NCBI GenBank assembly: GCA_973895155.1
Contig: OZ316893.1
Location: 5,160,171-5,224,170, forward strand
Length of the DNA: 64,000 nucleotides
From: Marsupella aquatica
Lineage: Eukaryota; Plantae; Marchantiophyta
Direction: 5' to 3'
Below the pieces are notes generated by a model that was not told the DNA's origin, did not search any database, and saw only the letters and a program-made list of their open reading frames with translations. Made by a program: the position numbers and the translations under genes. Every line of letters begins with the position of its first letter. Position 1 is the first letter of the stretch. Positions 25,701 through 40,311 of the stretch are shown in pieces.

Positions 25701-28700
25701 GTAGCTCCTACCTCAATCTCTTTCAAACTAATACATTCCAAAAGAACAAATGCATCAAAATTCTACTCACCATCCAAAGTTGCCCCATGGCTCAATTCGA
25801 AGAAAATGAAGTAGACTAAAAACGTCCTCCAACTTGTTCTACAAAATCACCCAGAGCAACATCGAGGTGTAAGTATCCAGCAAAGGGCTACCAATAAGAT
25901 AGTCAGAAGCTTGACCAGAAAAATTGAGTCTTCTAGGATTCAAGACTCCAAGCTTGACTAAAGACGAAAATTCAGTAGCACAGGACTTAAGCCTCACACA
26001 TAAACTTTCCTTCACTAATTGCTGGGAAGGCATTCACCCCGGGAGAACACAGGGAATACCCATCACATAGTTATACTGGAGCTAATAGACCAGTTGGAAT
26101 GGAGGAGGATTTTGGTCATAAGCTTGTTGCAATATCCCACTAAAACTTCAACCGGTCTAAGGGTTCGAGACCATGGTCATTCGCTGACCTAGTATTGCCG
26201 GTCACCTCCCTCTGCCGTCACAGTTTGGATACATTGGCGCTGCAATTGTATTTGATACGATTACGTGTGATGCTCAATGTAATCGGGTGCTTCCCGTTTC
26301 CACAGAAAAACACTAGAATCTTAGTCTTCTTACTGAGTCATGAATTTCTTCAGATGTTTGTAGACAAAAAATAGGATTCAAAACTCTAAGCATTCCTCAA
26401 TTACAAGTGGTAGAGAAAACGCCCGAGCTTCCTTATGGCGAAATTGTACTCTGTACTTGTACTTTTGACCATACTTCTTTCACCGTAAGTCATCCCATGC
26501 TAGCTTGAATGTTGCGATTTGTTACAAAAATCTTGCCTCGTGCACATTTTCCACAGAACTACGTGCACTTAACAGAATGTACTTTCGAGTCAATTAGTTA
26601 TTCTCAACCTCAACAGATTGACGATGATCAAATTTCCGTCTGATACTTCAACGGTGAGCTTCAATTTGTTGAGCCTCAACCAAATTGGCAAAAATTGGCA
26701 AGACCAGAAGGGTTCAGAGCTGTCCACCGTGTAAAGGAGGAATGAGGTCATGCATACTGCAGTGGAACAGGGGCGTATATATTTGCGAGTGTATTCTTCA
26801 GATGATGAAAAGTAACAATGGTCAACAGATCTTCCATGCAAGGCCGCATCTAAGAGGTAATACCTTTCGAAACCCGGCGACACAGCCCTCAGATAATGCC
26901 AAGTTTTCCACATACAAACGATCAGCTGTACCCTTGAGATTTGCTCTTCGAAAACCGGAAGTCCCTCCCATTCCTTTCGCGTGCCAGCCTATACCATAAA
27001 CTCAAATTCATTCCTCAGAGTTTCTGGTATAGGCAGGCTGAGCTAGAGATGCTGCCGAACAGTGTAGGAAGAGCCCATCCCAAGGATGAAAGTAGCAGAA
27101 CGTCACATGATTCAGTGTGGTTAAGACGTTATACATCATTGGGCAAAGCCTTCGGAACAACAAACACCGTGAAAACCCGTACACCCAGGACATGGATCCA
27201 TTGTGCTCCTAAACATCAGTAAAATCGGGATAAGGGGCTACCAAGTAAAGGAATAGGACACAATATTTATGAGGACTGACAGGCCTGGACCAGAATCAAA
27301 GCTTGTTACGAGCTTCACCTGAATAGGGGTTCCCGTAAGACACCAGCGGCAGTCTGCTGTGAGCTTGAATATGGCCTGGGATGCCTGTGAGCGAAGGTTT
27401 TTAATAGTATGTGCTTCATCAAGCATAATGCGATACCAGTGGATTCCTTGAACAATCCCACCACCTGAATAATTCTGGAATTTAACAACACATTTCTGTT
27501 ACTAAGCAAATCCATAACCATACATCTTAGAAAACCTTGGGCGACATCTTCTGAATTGTTTCAACTTTTACCGAGCAAGCACCAGATCCAGTTCATAGTA
27601 TGCATGAAAATGTTGTCAACGTGCAAAATTGCATTTTCCTGAGTTTAAAATATGAACACAGCCACACAATCACGAAGTCGGTCGCCTATCGTGGAATGAG
27701 GACACCAAGGGTTCAGTTGGGTTGAAAGCTAACCTGATTATTATCAGATGTCAGCACGCCATATGTGGTTAGAACGACGTCATAGTCCAGGAGAGACTTG
27801 GAATCCCTCATTCTATCCTGGCCATAGTAAGTGAGAACTGATAGAACTCCTGGCTTCACATGTGTCTCCAGCTCAGTCTGAAATTGCAAGCTTTTGGGTC
27901 AAAATATTGACGAGAAACGATTACTTACTTTCTTCTATCAACCTCTTTCAAATTAACACAATCTTGGACTGGATGCAAAGCCCATGGTCGCCTTTGACAA
28001 TGATCTCTAAACAAACCATGTAGTTCTTAAGCAAGGCATAGGACATTATCTACAGTTGGAAAGCGGCTCAGAATAGGCATATATACCTTCCATTGGCCAA
28101 GTAAGGTCATTGGACAAACAATGAGGGTACCACCTCCCCTCTGTTTGCCATTAGGATCTCGACTCCCAATTGGGTTTTTCATTGATAAAGCTTGAGTTAG
28201 GGTACGCTCATCTATTTGAGAGGCTGTGCCTAGATCCGTACTTCTCTCGCTTGTGCCTTCAATAAGGCGTGCATTAGAGCCAGAAGTATATATTCCGCCT
28301 CGACCAGGTGAAGAAGCTAACAAAGATATTCCCATGACCGTCTTTCCAAGCCCCATGGCATCTGCAAGAATCTGTAAGAATAAAAAGCATCGATTCATAT
28401 ATGATAATGGTAAACGCCACGGTCATTCCATAATCCCTTTTTCGGAGACTACATACAACCAAATATACCTTCCACAAGTCTCTTTCTTTTCACTGACTGG
28501 AACAAAGGTAGCTAGTAAAAACTGAACAACTAAGTCGAGAACCCTCCACAAAAACTTCAAAGACCCCCTCTCGAATTCCAGAGGTTAGAATAATTCAAAG
28601 AGCCTTTCCGCCAGAGACGATTGGATGCAGTTTCATATTATGCACGAGACTCCAATGGACACTTATTGCAATGAGGCTGCACAAGAAACTGCATATCCCT

Positions 28701-31700
28701 TATGATGCTCACTAGAAACTCCCGCAGTCTGCTTCTGAATTGTCACTCAACATGAATTCATTACTTCTAGGCCAACAAACATCACGCACACAATCCCTCA
28801 GTTCGGAAGGTCGTTGCATAACCCAATACAGGAAAGCGCTCATCAAGAAAAGCACAGAACTCACCCCTCCGCGGGATTTTTGAAGGGCACTGGGAAACTC
28901 GACGGAGGAATCTCCAGAGAAAACGTTGACATAGAACACAGACTTTCTGCAGAGTAACCAGAAACTCATCAGGATGAAACAGTCGACCCTGACCGAACAT
29001 ACATCTCTCTCGAATCGACTAAAGGGTGGAGACTTTTCCTTCTAAGCTTGCTCCAATAATACAGGCACAGCAAGGTAGAAAGAGGAACGCACTCGTCACC
29101 AAGGTAGTAGGCCTCCCAACATGGATGAAGGGACTTTGCAGCCTCTTCCAGATCAAGACCAGTTTCCATTTTTGTCATCCAGTATAATGCTTGCTTTTGG
29201 TAAGGACGCAAGTCACATATTATCGTACTCGGTGGATCCATTTCCTGTGCAATAATTGACCAGTCAATTACGATCCGAGGTAATCAGGAGGACAATATGT
29301 AGTCGCAATTAGCATTTAGGACTAAAATTATGGCCAAAAGCCTCACCATCAACTCACTGCCCTCCGATGTCCCGACTATTTTGTTCAGATCCGCCTCTGA
29401 AATTTCTTCGGCTTCATTTTCTTCACCAGGAACTGCAGAAGCACCAGTAGAAAGTTTCTGGCGCTTGTCTGAAGGTAGAATTGGTTCAGACGCTCCATTC
29501 TGAGTAAGGAGCAGCCAGAGAAAATAGTGTTACACCTATATCAGTACACAACACTTGATTCTTCCGGGGAAAAACATCATATGTGGCATGCATCCTCCGC
29601 ACGGTAAATTTTTCGGTCTCCAAATGGTAGTGTCTACGAGGAATGAGTAGCCACTAACAAGAGGTACTCCAAGATTACTATCGGGTAGAGAGTTAAAAGC
29701 CACCTTCTTGGCCATGTCCGAGTCTAGCGACCGCTTCCTATTGTACAGATCTTCTGGGGTGAATTCAGCCTGTCAAGAACAGTAGAAACATACATAGTCA
29801 GATTTGATTGATGCTGTCAACATCAATTAAACTTCCTCATATTTACCAATTAGACTAAACAACTGATCGTCGGCTTGAGAAGAAGACCGAAACATAAGAA
29901 ATCCTCAACACCACTACATAATAATTACCAAAGGCTCTTCCGATCCATTACTGACAAATGTAATTTTGAACTACTCAATGACGTAGAAGACTATCTAACC
30001 GATGCCTAATGAACTTACACAAGGGTATGAAAGTGCATGACACAGAGTTTCACATGAAATATCATCGTCTTGTCGCTACTTGTCCTTGATCTGAAACAAC
30101 ATTCAAGAGAAGAGCTGTTTACCTTCATGAAAGGCTTCTTCCCCAATAGCCGCAGAACTGAAAGAAGAGGATTGTGAGTCGAGATCTCTGCTGACACTGA
30201 GGTAGAACTTGGAGAAGCGCTGTATTTCTTCAAGAGGGATCTACTTACGAATATTCTGAAATGTTCATGTATAGTCCAGAAGGAAATTCAGGAGATACTC
30301 AATCGAGAAGCTGACGAAGAGATTAACATAAACATAGCACTGCAGTAAATGCAGATTTAAGGGGATTACTGAAACCATACCCTATTTGCAAAGTGATACT
30401 GGCTAGGAGGCCCAGGGTAGGAGGGCAGTCTGTGCAAAGCCCTGAAATGGCAACCTTCTTCGACGACACGAGAGGTATTAAATTCCGGGCCCATTCTCCA
30501 GGAAGCCTGCCAATCTGAATTCACACCGTCAACTGTTACTTCCCATTGATAATCACAAGGAGATAGTGCATTCACTTTCATCAAAGTCCAGCAGCAATCC
30601 TCGAAGCATCACAAGGAGACAGTGCCTAGAATAAAGTTCATCCGAGTAAGGCATCACGTGTCTTACCTCTCCGGATTTCTCTGTGGAAAATCTGACAATT
30701 TCAGAAGCCGCAGCAGCTCCCTTACCACGACCCCAACCCCTTCGTGAATCTAAAGTTTCACTTACACTTTTAGGAAAGGAAAACATTAGATGATCTCCAG
30801 GACTCAATCTCTGCCCTTTGCAAGTCGACAGGCATATTACTGAGCTTTGCCCTAGAAGTACCAAATCTTCCTTCCATGAAGCTTGCAACTGAAGAAGAGA
30901 ATTTGTATACAAAGACTGGCTCTCAACTTTGATAGTAAACTCCTCCTGGAGCTGTGAACTACCTAACCCAGCATCAGAATGCCGCTTCTTGAGTATAGTG
31001 ACACTCTCTACATGCTGTGGGTGGTGCTTGTAGACTGTTCGCCCTGGTAACAAAGGCTTAGACGCGTCATCCTGATTGCTTTTGTATGTTGGTTGTGTAA
31101 GATCAATCAAATCAATTGGGGGCTTCGTGTCCACTTGCGATGTATTCAGCTGAGGGTGGTCTTTTGTACCCAGGGTGGAGACTCGAGCCACACTAAGGGT
31201 AGCACCCGCACCTTGCGGTTGGACAATGCTATTTACATTGGGCAAGACCACTGAATCCTTTGATACGCTCGAGTCCAGCATATCCAAGGGCTTCGAATTT
31301 GCCTGAGGCGGAAATTTTGAGAGATCATGAGCTATTGCCTGAAGGGGAGCTTTTACAACCTCTCGGGCTACTGCCTGAGCAGCAGCAGGCGCGGGAACTG
31401 GACTGGAAGTCAGAGAGACCCCAAGTGGAATATTATCTCTACTACCATTTCCATTGCCAGGAGGAGGTTTGGGAAGCTCCTTGACGGTAGGCTTAGTTAT
31501 TTCGGGAGCAGGGGGAGCATTAGTCGAAGGCGCATTTGAGGAAGGGACAGCAGCCCTGCCGCGTTTCACAGTGACTGGCCGATTGAAATTCCAGATGGGA
31601 GGATCAAACAGGATATTGACAGCCGCCGAGACATCATTCTTCGACTGGTAAAGAGCTCGGATGACATCCATCTCACTTGGCCCAGGCCCCATAATTGCTC

Positions 31701-31746
31701 GCACTTCCTTTACTTTGTCATCGGTCACTCCTGCCCTGGTAGCCAT
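22745..31746 (-). CDS. RAD5A: RAD5A-like SWI2/SNF2 helicase with HIRAN and C3HC4 RING domains; 19 exons, about 1213 aa
   Basis: Exons (minus): 31746-30667, 30514-30381, 30255-30123, 29769-29704, 29499-29347, 29244-29093, 28946-28865, 28371-28087, 27877-27734, 27474-27319, 25838-25771, 25449-25327, 25141-25042, 24844-24732, 24599-24336, 24194-23994, 23621-23528, 23393-23223, 22867-22745; intron phases are consistent. Motifs: N-terminal [109 protein letters not shown]. Confidence 0.93.
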
Positions 31747-32760
31747 CTGCCTCCTGCGTACAAGATTCGGTGGACAAGCGGCCACTACACAACCACTTAA
31801 GTCTCTTAGCTCTTCGAAGATATGATGGAAAACAAACATCACACCAATGACGATCCCCTCAACCTCTTCATTCATTAAATCTTTTCATGTCATTCGCTCA
31901 AAGTTTGACAAGAAGTCCCACATTGGCCAGAATTAGTTTGACAGCCAGCCAGCAAATTTAGATCGGCGGAACTCGAGTAACAAAAGACAATCAGTCAAGA
32001 CAAAACACAAGAATCTCGGCATGAACTCTGAGGCAACGAAGTCATGATTTGGAAAGTAAATCCCCAACAGCAGAGGCTTTATAAATCTAAAGCATCGAGG
32101 CCATCAGTTACACTGTCCCCGGGCACTTCAACCGAGAATTGCTACTGTTATTACCAATCGCTGGAGCTAGCAGGAACAGGAATCCTCTGCGACACAATCA
32201 CAGGATTCCTCATCGTACCAAACCTAGGAGAGCGGAATCAGCTAATCATTGATGACCCGAATCTACAATAAGAAGCCGCAGCACCCTTTCTGCCAGAGTG
32301 CCAAACGAGTGCGGAGCTCAGGTAATCGATTGAGAGGGACAACAGCCACTAACCTACTCCGGAGTCAGCGTCGTCGAGAAGCTCCCGGTTAAGCATTATG
32401 GCTACAGTCCCTGTTCGCCAAGCCCACACGACCAAGATGTCCGCCTGAGCAGCATTCGACACCCCGCCGCTGGCTGTCCCGAACCTCTCGAGATACAACG
32501 ACAACTCGCAATAAGATCGCAGAAACTTCGTTCCTCTCGAGAAATTCCAATCAAGCAGAGCAACGTCCACGACGAAGGCTCCTTACTTGACGGAGGGGCG
32601 AGAACTCGAGAACCGCTTCTTCTTCTTCTTCATCAATGGGAGAACAGAAATCCTCTACATGTCGATGAAAAGGACTCTGAGGTGGATCGAATGATGCGCG
32701 ATCGAAGCTGGGCTTGGGCGGGAGACGTGATCGATGGCCTGCTTCAAAACCTCCCAAGCA

Positions 32761-32851
32761 CCGCCAAAATCAAAAACCCCAAATGCTTCAAATGCTGCGC
32801 GAAATGTACATAATCGTTTTGCCGTCCTTGGCAAACAAGCATGGCGGGAAA
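32761..32851 (-). promoter_or_regulatory. Cluster of three E2F consensus sites upstream of RAD5A
   Basis: Minus strand TTTGGCGG (32761-32768), TTTCGCGC (32797-32804), TTTCCCGC (32844-32851); all fit TTTSSCGS. Confidence 0.6.
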
Positions 32852-33019
32852 AATCATTTGCGCGAGAAAACATTTCCGGACCATCTCTGGTGCGCAAGAT
32901 CTCAGCCGTCGGCTTTGCTATTCAAGGGTGCGATTGAAATATTCTGACTAGAGATACCTTTGTTGTGTTGATTAAGTATTGTACGAATATGAGCGAGAAG
33001 TGTATGAAATAGAGGTCGG

Positions 33020-36000
33020 TGTTAAACTCTACCTATAACTAGAGTTACTTTCACCATAGTTACATTAACCTCCATGTATATATATATCAATACCATTGAG
33101 TAAACAGAAAACTGAGTCATTATCTTGTATCACGTTATCAGCACGAGCCTTAGACTAGCCGAGCACGAAACGGGAGATGAGAATTTTTTTTTAAGAATCT
33201 GAATTCCAGCTTTCCCCAAAGAGAATGATGCGAATGTGGAGAAATTTCAACCTGGAAAAGAACATATGTTAGAGGGACCACGAAAGAAGGTTGAAGAGGC
33301 CCACAGAATAAACGAGAATCGAAAGCCAGAGGAACTCGTAGGGAGCGCGAAGAATCGATAAGGAAATCAAAGAACTATGCTAGCGACCGACGACCGAAAG
33401 CTCACAAAAATCCTTTGAAAGGAATAAACCATAGATGCTGGCTGCAATCGAAGAAATTCAGTTGACGATCGAAGGCATAAGGAAAGAGAAGAAGGAGACG
33501 AAACGAAAGGACGATCGAAGAGAAAGAAACGCACACTCAAAATAGACATCGAAGGATCCCAGCTTCGTCAATTAAATAAGCACATTCAATTGATGAAAGC
33601 CATAAGGACAGGAGTGCAGGGTGCACAATGAGGACCGATGTCGAGAGCATGTGAAATCAAAAATTCTCAAAAGGAATTGAAAAGAGGGCCAAAAGAGACG
33701 CCGGAACGGAAGCTGGCTGAAATCAATGGAATTCTTACGAAGACCGAAGGCGATCGTAAGTAGACGGAGCAGACATCCAGAAATTTCAGAAATTCGATGA
33801 GAAACTCGTAAGAGAACAACGAAGCGAAAGGGACATTGATAGAAGGAGTGCGCGAGCAAAGGAGAGAGCGATCGAGGAGCCAATGATCGAGAAATTAAAG
33901 AGGTGACTTTACAGGCTTACGGAAATCGAAAGCATAAGGACTGCGAAGAAAGGGAAAAAGAAGCAGCCCGATACATCAAGAACATCGCGACAGTTGTTGT
34001 GAGTGAATGTTGCGAAGGAGAAGAACTACGGAAGATAAGGACATCGAGGAAAAGGAACAACAAGACCGAAGGTTGAAGGTCGAAGCACAACAGACCGAGA
34101 TTTGATGCAACAGACAAAGGTAGCACGAAGGGTCGTGCAAAGGGGGCCACCAAGAGACAAAATGGCGCCCCATTTCATCGATAAAACATCGAGCTCGAGC
34201 CAAAAACCGCTAAGTGCACGCTGCACAACCGCTAAACCTCTTTAATTGCATAATCCTGCAAAGCTTTCAGAATCACCGTGTAATTGTGTGCACTTAACGA
34301 CTTAACTGCAACCCTGCATAATTGCACAAGGAATACAAAGAAAACCTAAAATACAAAGGAAATAATGCACTTATCCAAATACAAAGGAATCTAACCAGAT
34401 AAGTGCAAACCGCAAATTTAAAACCAAAACCTAATAATCATCTCAACACTAGCATAAGACCTAGATAACTTTGCATTCAATCGCTCAACCCTACCCTACG
34501 ATTGTATGCGGCAAAATGTGCATAGTCTTTACAATACCTATACAATATATATAGCGAACTAGAAATCCGAGATGGCGAACTTAGAGAAGTTGCAATTTCC
34601 CGCTTTAGAATTAGAAGGTAGTAACTACCTTGCCTGGTCTTTAGATATAAAGACCCACCTTAAAGCCAAATCCCTATCACGCGCCCTAGAAGCCCACATG
34701 CCAGAAGCTGAAGAGGCCCAGGCACTAGTTTTTATCCGACGTCATTTACACCAATTCCTACAAATGCAATATTTGCATTTGAGTTCACCTCGCGAGCTAT
34801 GGCTGGCTATCCAGACAAGGTACGACCACCAGAAACTGGTGGCGCTACCTCGTGCCAGACAAGATTGGATGAACCTTAGGGTTCAAGACTTCACCTCAGT
34901 CTCCGCCTATGACAACGAGCTATTTAGGATAACCTCTACGCTCACCCTATGCGGCGAGACAACATCCGATAATGACCTACTAGAAAAGACCCTATCCACT
35001 TTTCACTCCACAAACCTAATACTTGCGACTCAGTATCGCAACATGAAGTTTACCCAATACTCAGAACTCCTATCCCACCTTTTGGTTGCTGAACAGCAAC
35101 AACAATTATTGCTTATCAACTCAAAGAAGAGACCAGCTGGAACCTTAGCGCCCACACAGTTAACAGAAGCACATGCCATAGAAAATGGCCAAGCTTCCAC
35201 TTCAAGCCAACAAAACCCTAAAACAACTAAACAAAGTAAAGGGCGAAGACATAACAATAACTCCAACAGGGGGAGTTACTTTAACCATAGAAACCAAAGA
35301 AACTTTAAAAATCGCCCATTCAATGGACGTAAGCAACAGCATTTCCGTGGAGGCGGCTATAATAGAAACCGCAAAGGCGGAAACTATAGGCAAAACAACC
35401 AACCAAGGAGATTCCAACGCTCACCTACGAAACTATGCCACCAATGTGGCATGAACAATCACCTTGCCCGTGACTGCAGAATCCCAAAACACCTTAAGGA
35501 ACTATATCAGCGTTCCTTGAAGGAAAAGAAACAAGAAAGCACACCGCGTGAGACCCATGGAACTTTCATGGAATCTCACGACCCATTTCAGGACTTTGGC
35601 CCAAATCCTGAAACACACCTAGTTGCGTCTACGTCTACACCAATAGACCTAGATAGCCCGAGCACATGCATAATTGATAGCGGTACTACACACTCCATCC
35701 TACGGGATAGAAAGCTATTTCACAGAATCACACCCTCCAATCGCTCAATCATGACAATAAACGGTTCTAACCAGATAGAAGAGGGCTATGGCCCAGCTTC
35801 CTTGAGGTTACCTCAAGGCATAGAAATACATATAGAATCAGCTATATATGCACCTCAAGCAACTAGAAATCTTTTAAGCTTTCGAGACTTAAGAGCGAAT
35901 GGACTCCACGTCCAAACTGGGAACACAAAAACCCAAGAGGTTCTTCACATTGTTGAAGTTACACCTCTAGGAAAAATAATAAGAGAAACTTTATTCTCGT

Positions 36001-39000
36001 ACTCATGTGGGTTCTATCTAACACACATTGAATGCCTACACAATACAATTCAAGCCAACTCCTTGAACAAGCTATGGCATACACGCCTAGGTCACCCTGG
36101 CCAATCAATGTTGAACAAAATAAAGAAGCATGCTCAAGGCATACCAAACAATATCCGCCATATTGTGCTAACTGCACCATGCTCAGCATGCTCACAAGGC
36201 AAATTAATCGCTAAACCCTCATTTTCAAAATTGCCAAACAAAATACCTGAATTCCTAGCATTTTTGCATGTTGACATTTGCGGCCCGATTAACCCACCTA
36301 GCGGACCATTCCGCTACTTTATGGTGATAATAGATGCATCCACTAAATGGTCAAATGTGACCTTACTTTCAACACGCAATTTAGCCATACCCCGCATTCT
36401 CACGCAGATTTTGCGCCTGAAAGCACAATTCATAGATCAACCCATTAAGACATTGCGCGCAGATAATGCGGGGGAGTTCACATCATCCACTTTAGATGAT
36501 TTTTGCACATCACTTGGTATTGATATCCAATACCCAGTACCACATGTCCATTTTCAAAATGGATTGGCTGAAGCAATCATCAAGCGCCTACAGCTAATAG
36601 CACGCCCACTTCTAATGCAGGCAAAACTACCTGTTACTGCATGGGGCCATGCTATCTTACATGCTAACGCACTAATACAATATAGGCCATCTGCATTTAA
36701 CGATTATAGTCCTTACCACCTGAATAATGGTAGAAAACCCGACCTAACCCATCTTCGATCGTTTGGATGTCAAGTTATGGTCCCCATAACTCCACCCAAA
36801 CGAACAAAGATGGGACCCCAACGACAGTTGGGGATTTATGTCGGATATGACTCCCCGTCGATTATCCGATATTTGGAGCCTACCACAGGTGACCTTTTTA
36901 AGGCTAGATTTGCAGATTGCCATTTTGATGAAAACATTTTTCCTAAACTATATAACCCCGACACGAACCCACCACCACTTTTGGAGTGGGAACGCACTTC
37001 CCCATTTTGGGAAGATATTAGAACAAATCAGGGGGAGAAGGAAGTACAACGCATCTTACAACTCCACAAGATAGTGGAGGAGTTACCTGATTCCTTTGTG
37101 GATACCACACAAGTAACTCGGTCACATATTCCTGCGGCAAATGCACCAGCGAGGATCCAAATTCCAATTAATATAGCTGGAACCCAACAACCTCGACAAA
37201 AACGAGGTCGACCCCTTGGTGCAAAAGATAAACAACCACGTAGACGACCTTCGTCTACACCTGGTTCACCAATCATTACTTCGAGCTCTCCTCCAAGTAA
37301 TGACGAAATATCAATCCATTACAACCATTCTGGTGAAATTTGGGACCGACAAGTCACCATCACAAATGAATGTTTCGCATCCATGGTTGCTAAAACCATT
37401 ACGGATGAAACACCATAACCATTAACCATTATAGAATGCCAGAACAGGCCTGACTGGCCTAAATGGCAAGAAGCTATTAATGGAGAACTTGATTCTCTAT
37501 TAAGTCGAAACACATTCGGCTCAGTGGAATTAACACCACCAGATGTCCATTTAATTGGATATAAATGGACCTTTGTTCGTAAACATAATGATAAGGGACA
37601 AGTTGTCCGTTATAAAGCCCGCTTAGTCGGGAAAGGCTTTACTCAACAACCTGGTATTCATTATGATGAGACCTACTCACCAGTAATGGATAACATAACT
37701 TTTAGATACCTTATTAGTTTTGCAATTTTTCATAAACTAAAAATGTGACAAATGGATGTCGCTACTGCATATCTTTATGGGACCTTGGACACGTGTATTT
37801 ATATGCGTGCACCACCAGAATTAGAAGCACGTAAGCGTGCTTTAACTCAAGGAGCTAGATCTCATATTCCATATTTACATAAACTCATTCCAATATCATC
37901 TAATTCTTCTACTAATGTGTCTAACACACATTCTGACACCGCTGTGTCCACCGTACGGCATACCCACCGCGGACTAGCTATCCGCGTGTTGAAGGCCCTA
38001 TATGGCCTTAAACAAAGTGGCAGGGTATGGTATCAACGATTTACCGATGAGATGATATCCATGGGATTTTCCCATGATGCTATTGCACCATGCTTATTTA
38101 TTAAGCATGTTGATGATGAATTTGTCATCATTGCAATCTATGTTGATGATTTAAACATTTTTGGCACTCCAAAAATTACTGAATATACCATCACCACTCT
38201 AAAGTCCACTTTCGAGATGAAAGACCTTGGTCAAACTAGTTTTTGCTTAGGTCTACAACTCGAAATCTTGCCCACTGGCATGTTATTGCACCAGACCACA
38301 TATACTGAAAAAATCCTGAAACAGTTCAACATGCACTTAGCTCACCCACTGACATCACCAATGGTAATTAGATCCTTAGAAAATAGTACTGATGTTTTTC
38401 GCAAACGCGAAGAACATGAACCAACCTTAGGACCTGAAACACCTTACCTTTCAGCTATAGGTGCACTTATGTACTTAGCTAACCAAACTCGACCAGACAT
38501 CTCATTTGCAGTAAACCTTTTAGCAAGACATAGCGCAAATCCCACCCGAGCCATTGGAATGGCGTTAAACACATATTCTGTTACTTACGTGGACACACAG
38601 ACACAGGATTATTTTTCCCGTTTAACTCTATACATGAGATTGTGGGATATGCAGATGTTGGTTATCTTTCAGATACCGACACTGCAAAATCTCAAACAGG
38701 ATACGTCTTCCTTAGTGGAGACACAGCTATTTCTTGGAAGAGTGTTAAACAAACTTTAACAGCTACATCTTCTAACCACTCCGAAATTTTAGCTCTTCAT
38801 GAAGCTAGCCAAGAAGCCGTATGGTTACGATCACTTATAAACCACATACAAGTACAAAGCGGCTTCAACTGCCTAACTCAACCTACTAACATATTTGAAG
38901 ATAATGCAGCTTGTATTCAACAGATCACACGAGGATTTATTAAAGGTGATCGAGTGAAGCATATCGCACCAAAGTTCTTTTACACTCATGAACTACATGG

Positions 39001-39500
39001 AAAAGAAATCAATGTGATGCAGGTAACAAGCGAAGACAACTGTGCTGACTTATTCACCAAATCGTTGACACCAACTATTCATCAACGACACTGTCACAAG
39101 ATTGGTCTTCGGAGCTTACGCAAGATGATGTCAGAGACTTGACTGGAGCTATTACTACTATTGAAATTTTCAAACTATTCATGAGAATCACAAGACTGTA
39201 CTCTTTTTCCTTTAAGAACTATAGATTTTTCTCTACTTACAAACAGAGTTTTTATATTAAGTTGCTAAAGGTTTTAACGAGGCAGTCTTCCTCCATTGTA
39301 TCAATATCATGTAATTTATAAACATGATATATTAAATCTAGTTATAGCGCAGTTGACTACATAGTTACCACTACATAGTCAAGGGGGAGTGTTAAACTCT
39401 ACCTATAACTAGAGTTACTTTCACCATAGTTACATTAACCTCCATGTATATATATCAATACCATTGAGTAAACAGAAAACTGAGTCATTATCTTGTATCA
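33020..39500 (+). mobile_element. Ty1/copia LTR retrotransposon, Bianca-type, full length with TSD GTCGG
   Basis: LTRs 33020-33132 and 39390-39500, identical except one TA unit; TSD GTCGG at 33015-33019 and 39501-39505; PBS CGTTATCAGCACG; PPT AAGGGGGAG; Gag start MANLEKLQFPALELEGSNYLAW is Bianca-like. Confidence 0.95.
34572..39142 (+). pseudogene. gag-pol of the Bianca-type element
   Basis: CHQCGMNNHLARDC; IIDSGTTH; LWHTRLGH; HVDICGP; RADNAGEF; YVDD; RNase H ADLFTK. Stops at 37416 (TAA) and 37746 (TGA) and a 1-nt frameshift near 38550. Confidence 0.92.
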
Positions 39501-40311
39501 GTCGGGCCATTTTTACAGCATTCTTGCATGGGAGGGCCTTCAAATAATACACCCTTTTAAGTGATCAGGTGAAACCTTTGGAATGAGTGAGAGTTTCCTG
39601 CCTCATCCCCTTCCTCATTGCTATATTTGTGGAGTTTCAATGGTAAGGGCCTGCCCCTCCCCCTCCTTGTTGCTATATTTGTGGAGTTTCAATAGGGTGT
39701 CTCAAACATTGCGGAACGCAGAATTTTCCAACGCCCGGGAGTTCGCACCGCGGGTCGCGGGCAGAAAATGTGCTACCGTCCAAGTTGGCTTCCGCACTTT
39801 TGCACCAGGGTTTTTGCGCCAACCTGGGCGTCCGTGGATACGGGTTTAGGCTCGCGTACAACCTGACCATGGTTAACTCTCATCGATGCCTCCACTCGCT
39901 GCGCCGTGCCAGGCCACGTCAGTTTGAAACGTTTAGGAAATCATCGTGAGAACGATGAGCGCAGGACATTTTTGATATCGAGTGTATCGAAATGACGCAT
40001 CTTGCCAACTAGAATCATCGCTTTCCATGATCTTTGTAGTGAGCAGGAAGCCGAGCATCTCGTGCAATAATCGATTTCCCAGAATGAAAAGTGTCAGGTC
40101 GAGGGCGAGTACTCAAGCAGCGAGACATTGTGTGCGAGTGGAGTACCGGCAGGCCGCATGGGAGTTGCTGAGAAGAAGTACTTGCTAGAGGTGAGTCGCT
40201 CATCTCCGTATTGACATTTCCTAATGCAACCCTTTCTGAATATGAGGTTTAGGCAGAGATGTTTCCCATGGATTAGCTGATTTCAGGCGTTGCATTTTTT
40301 TTGCTCAGGCC

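Noticed and set aside
31747-31875. Upstream in-frame extension of RAD5A exon 1
   Set aside because: Similarity to RAD5A begins at [10 protein letters not shown] (31746)
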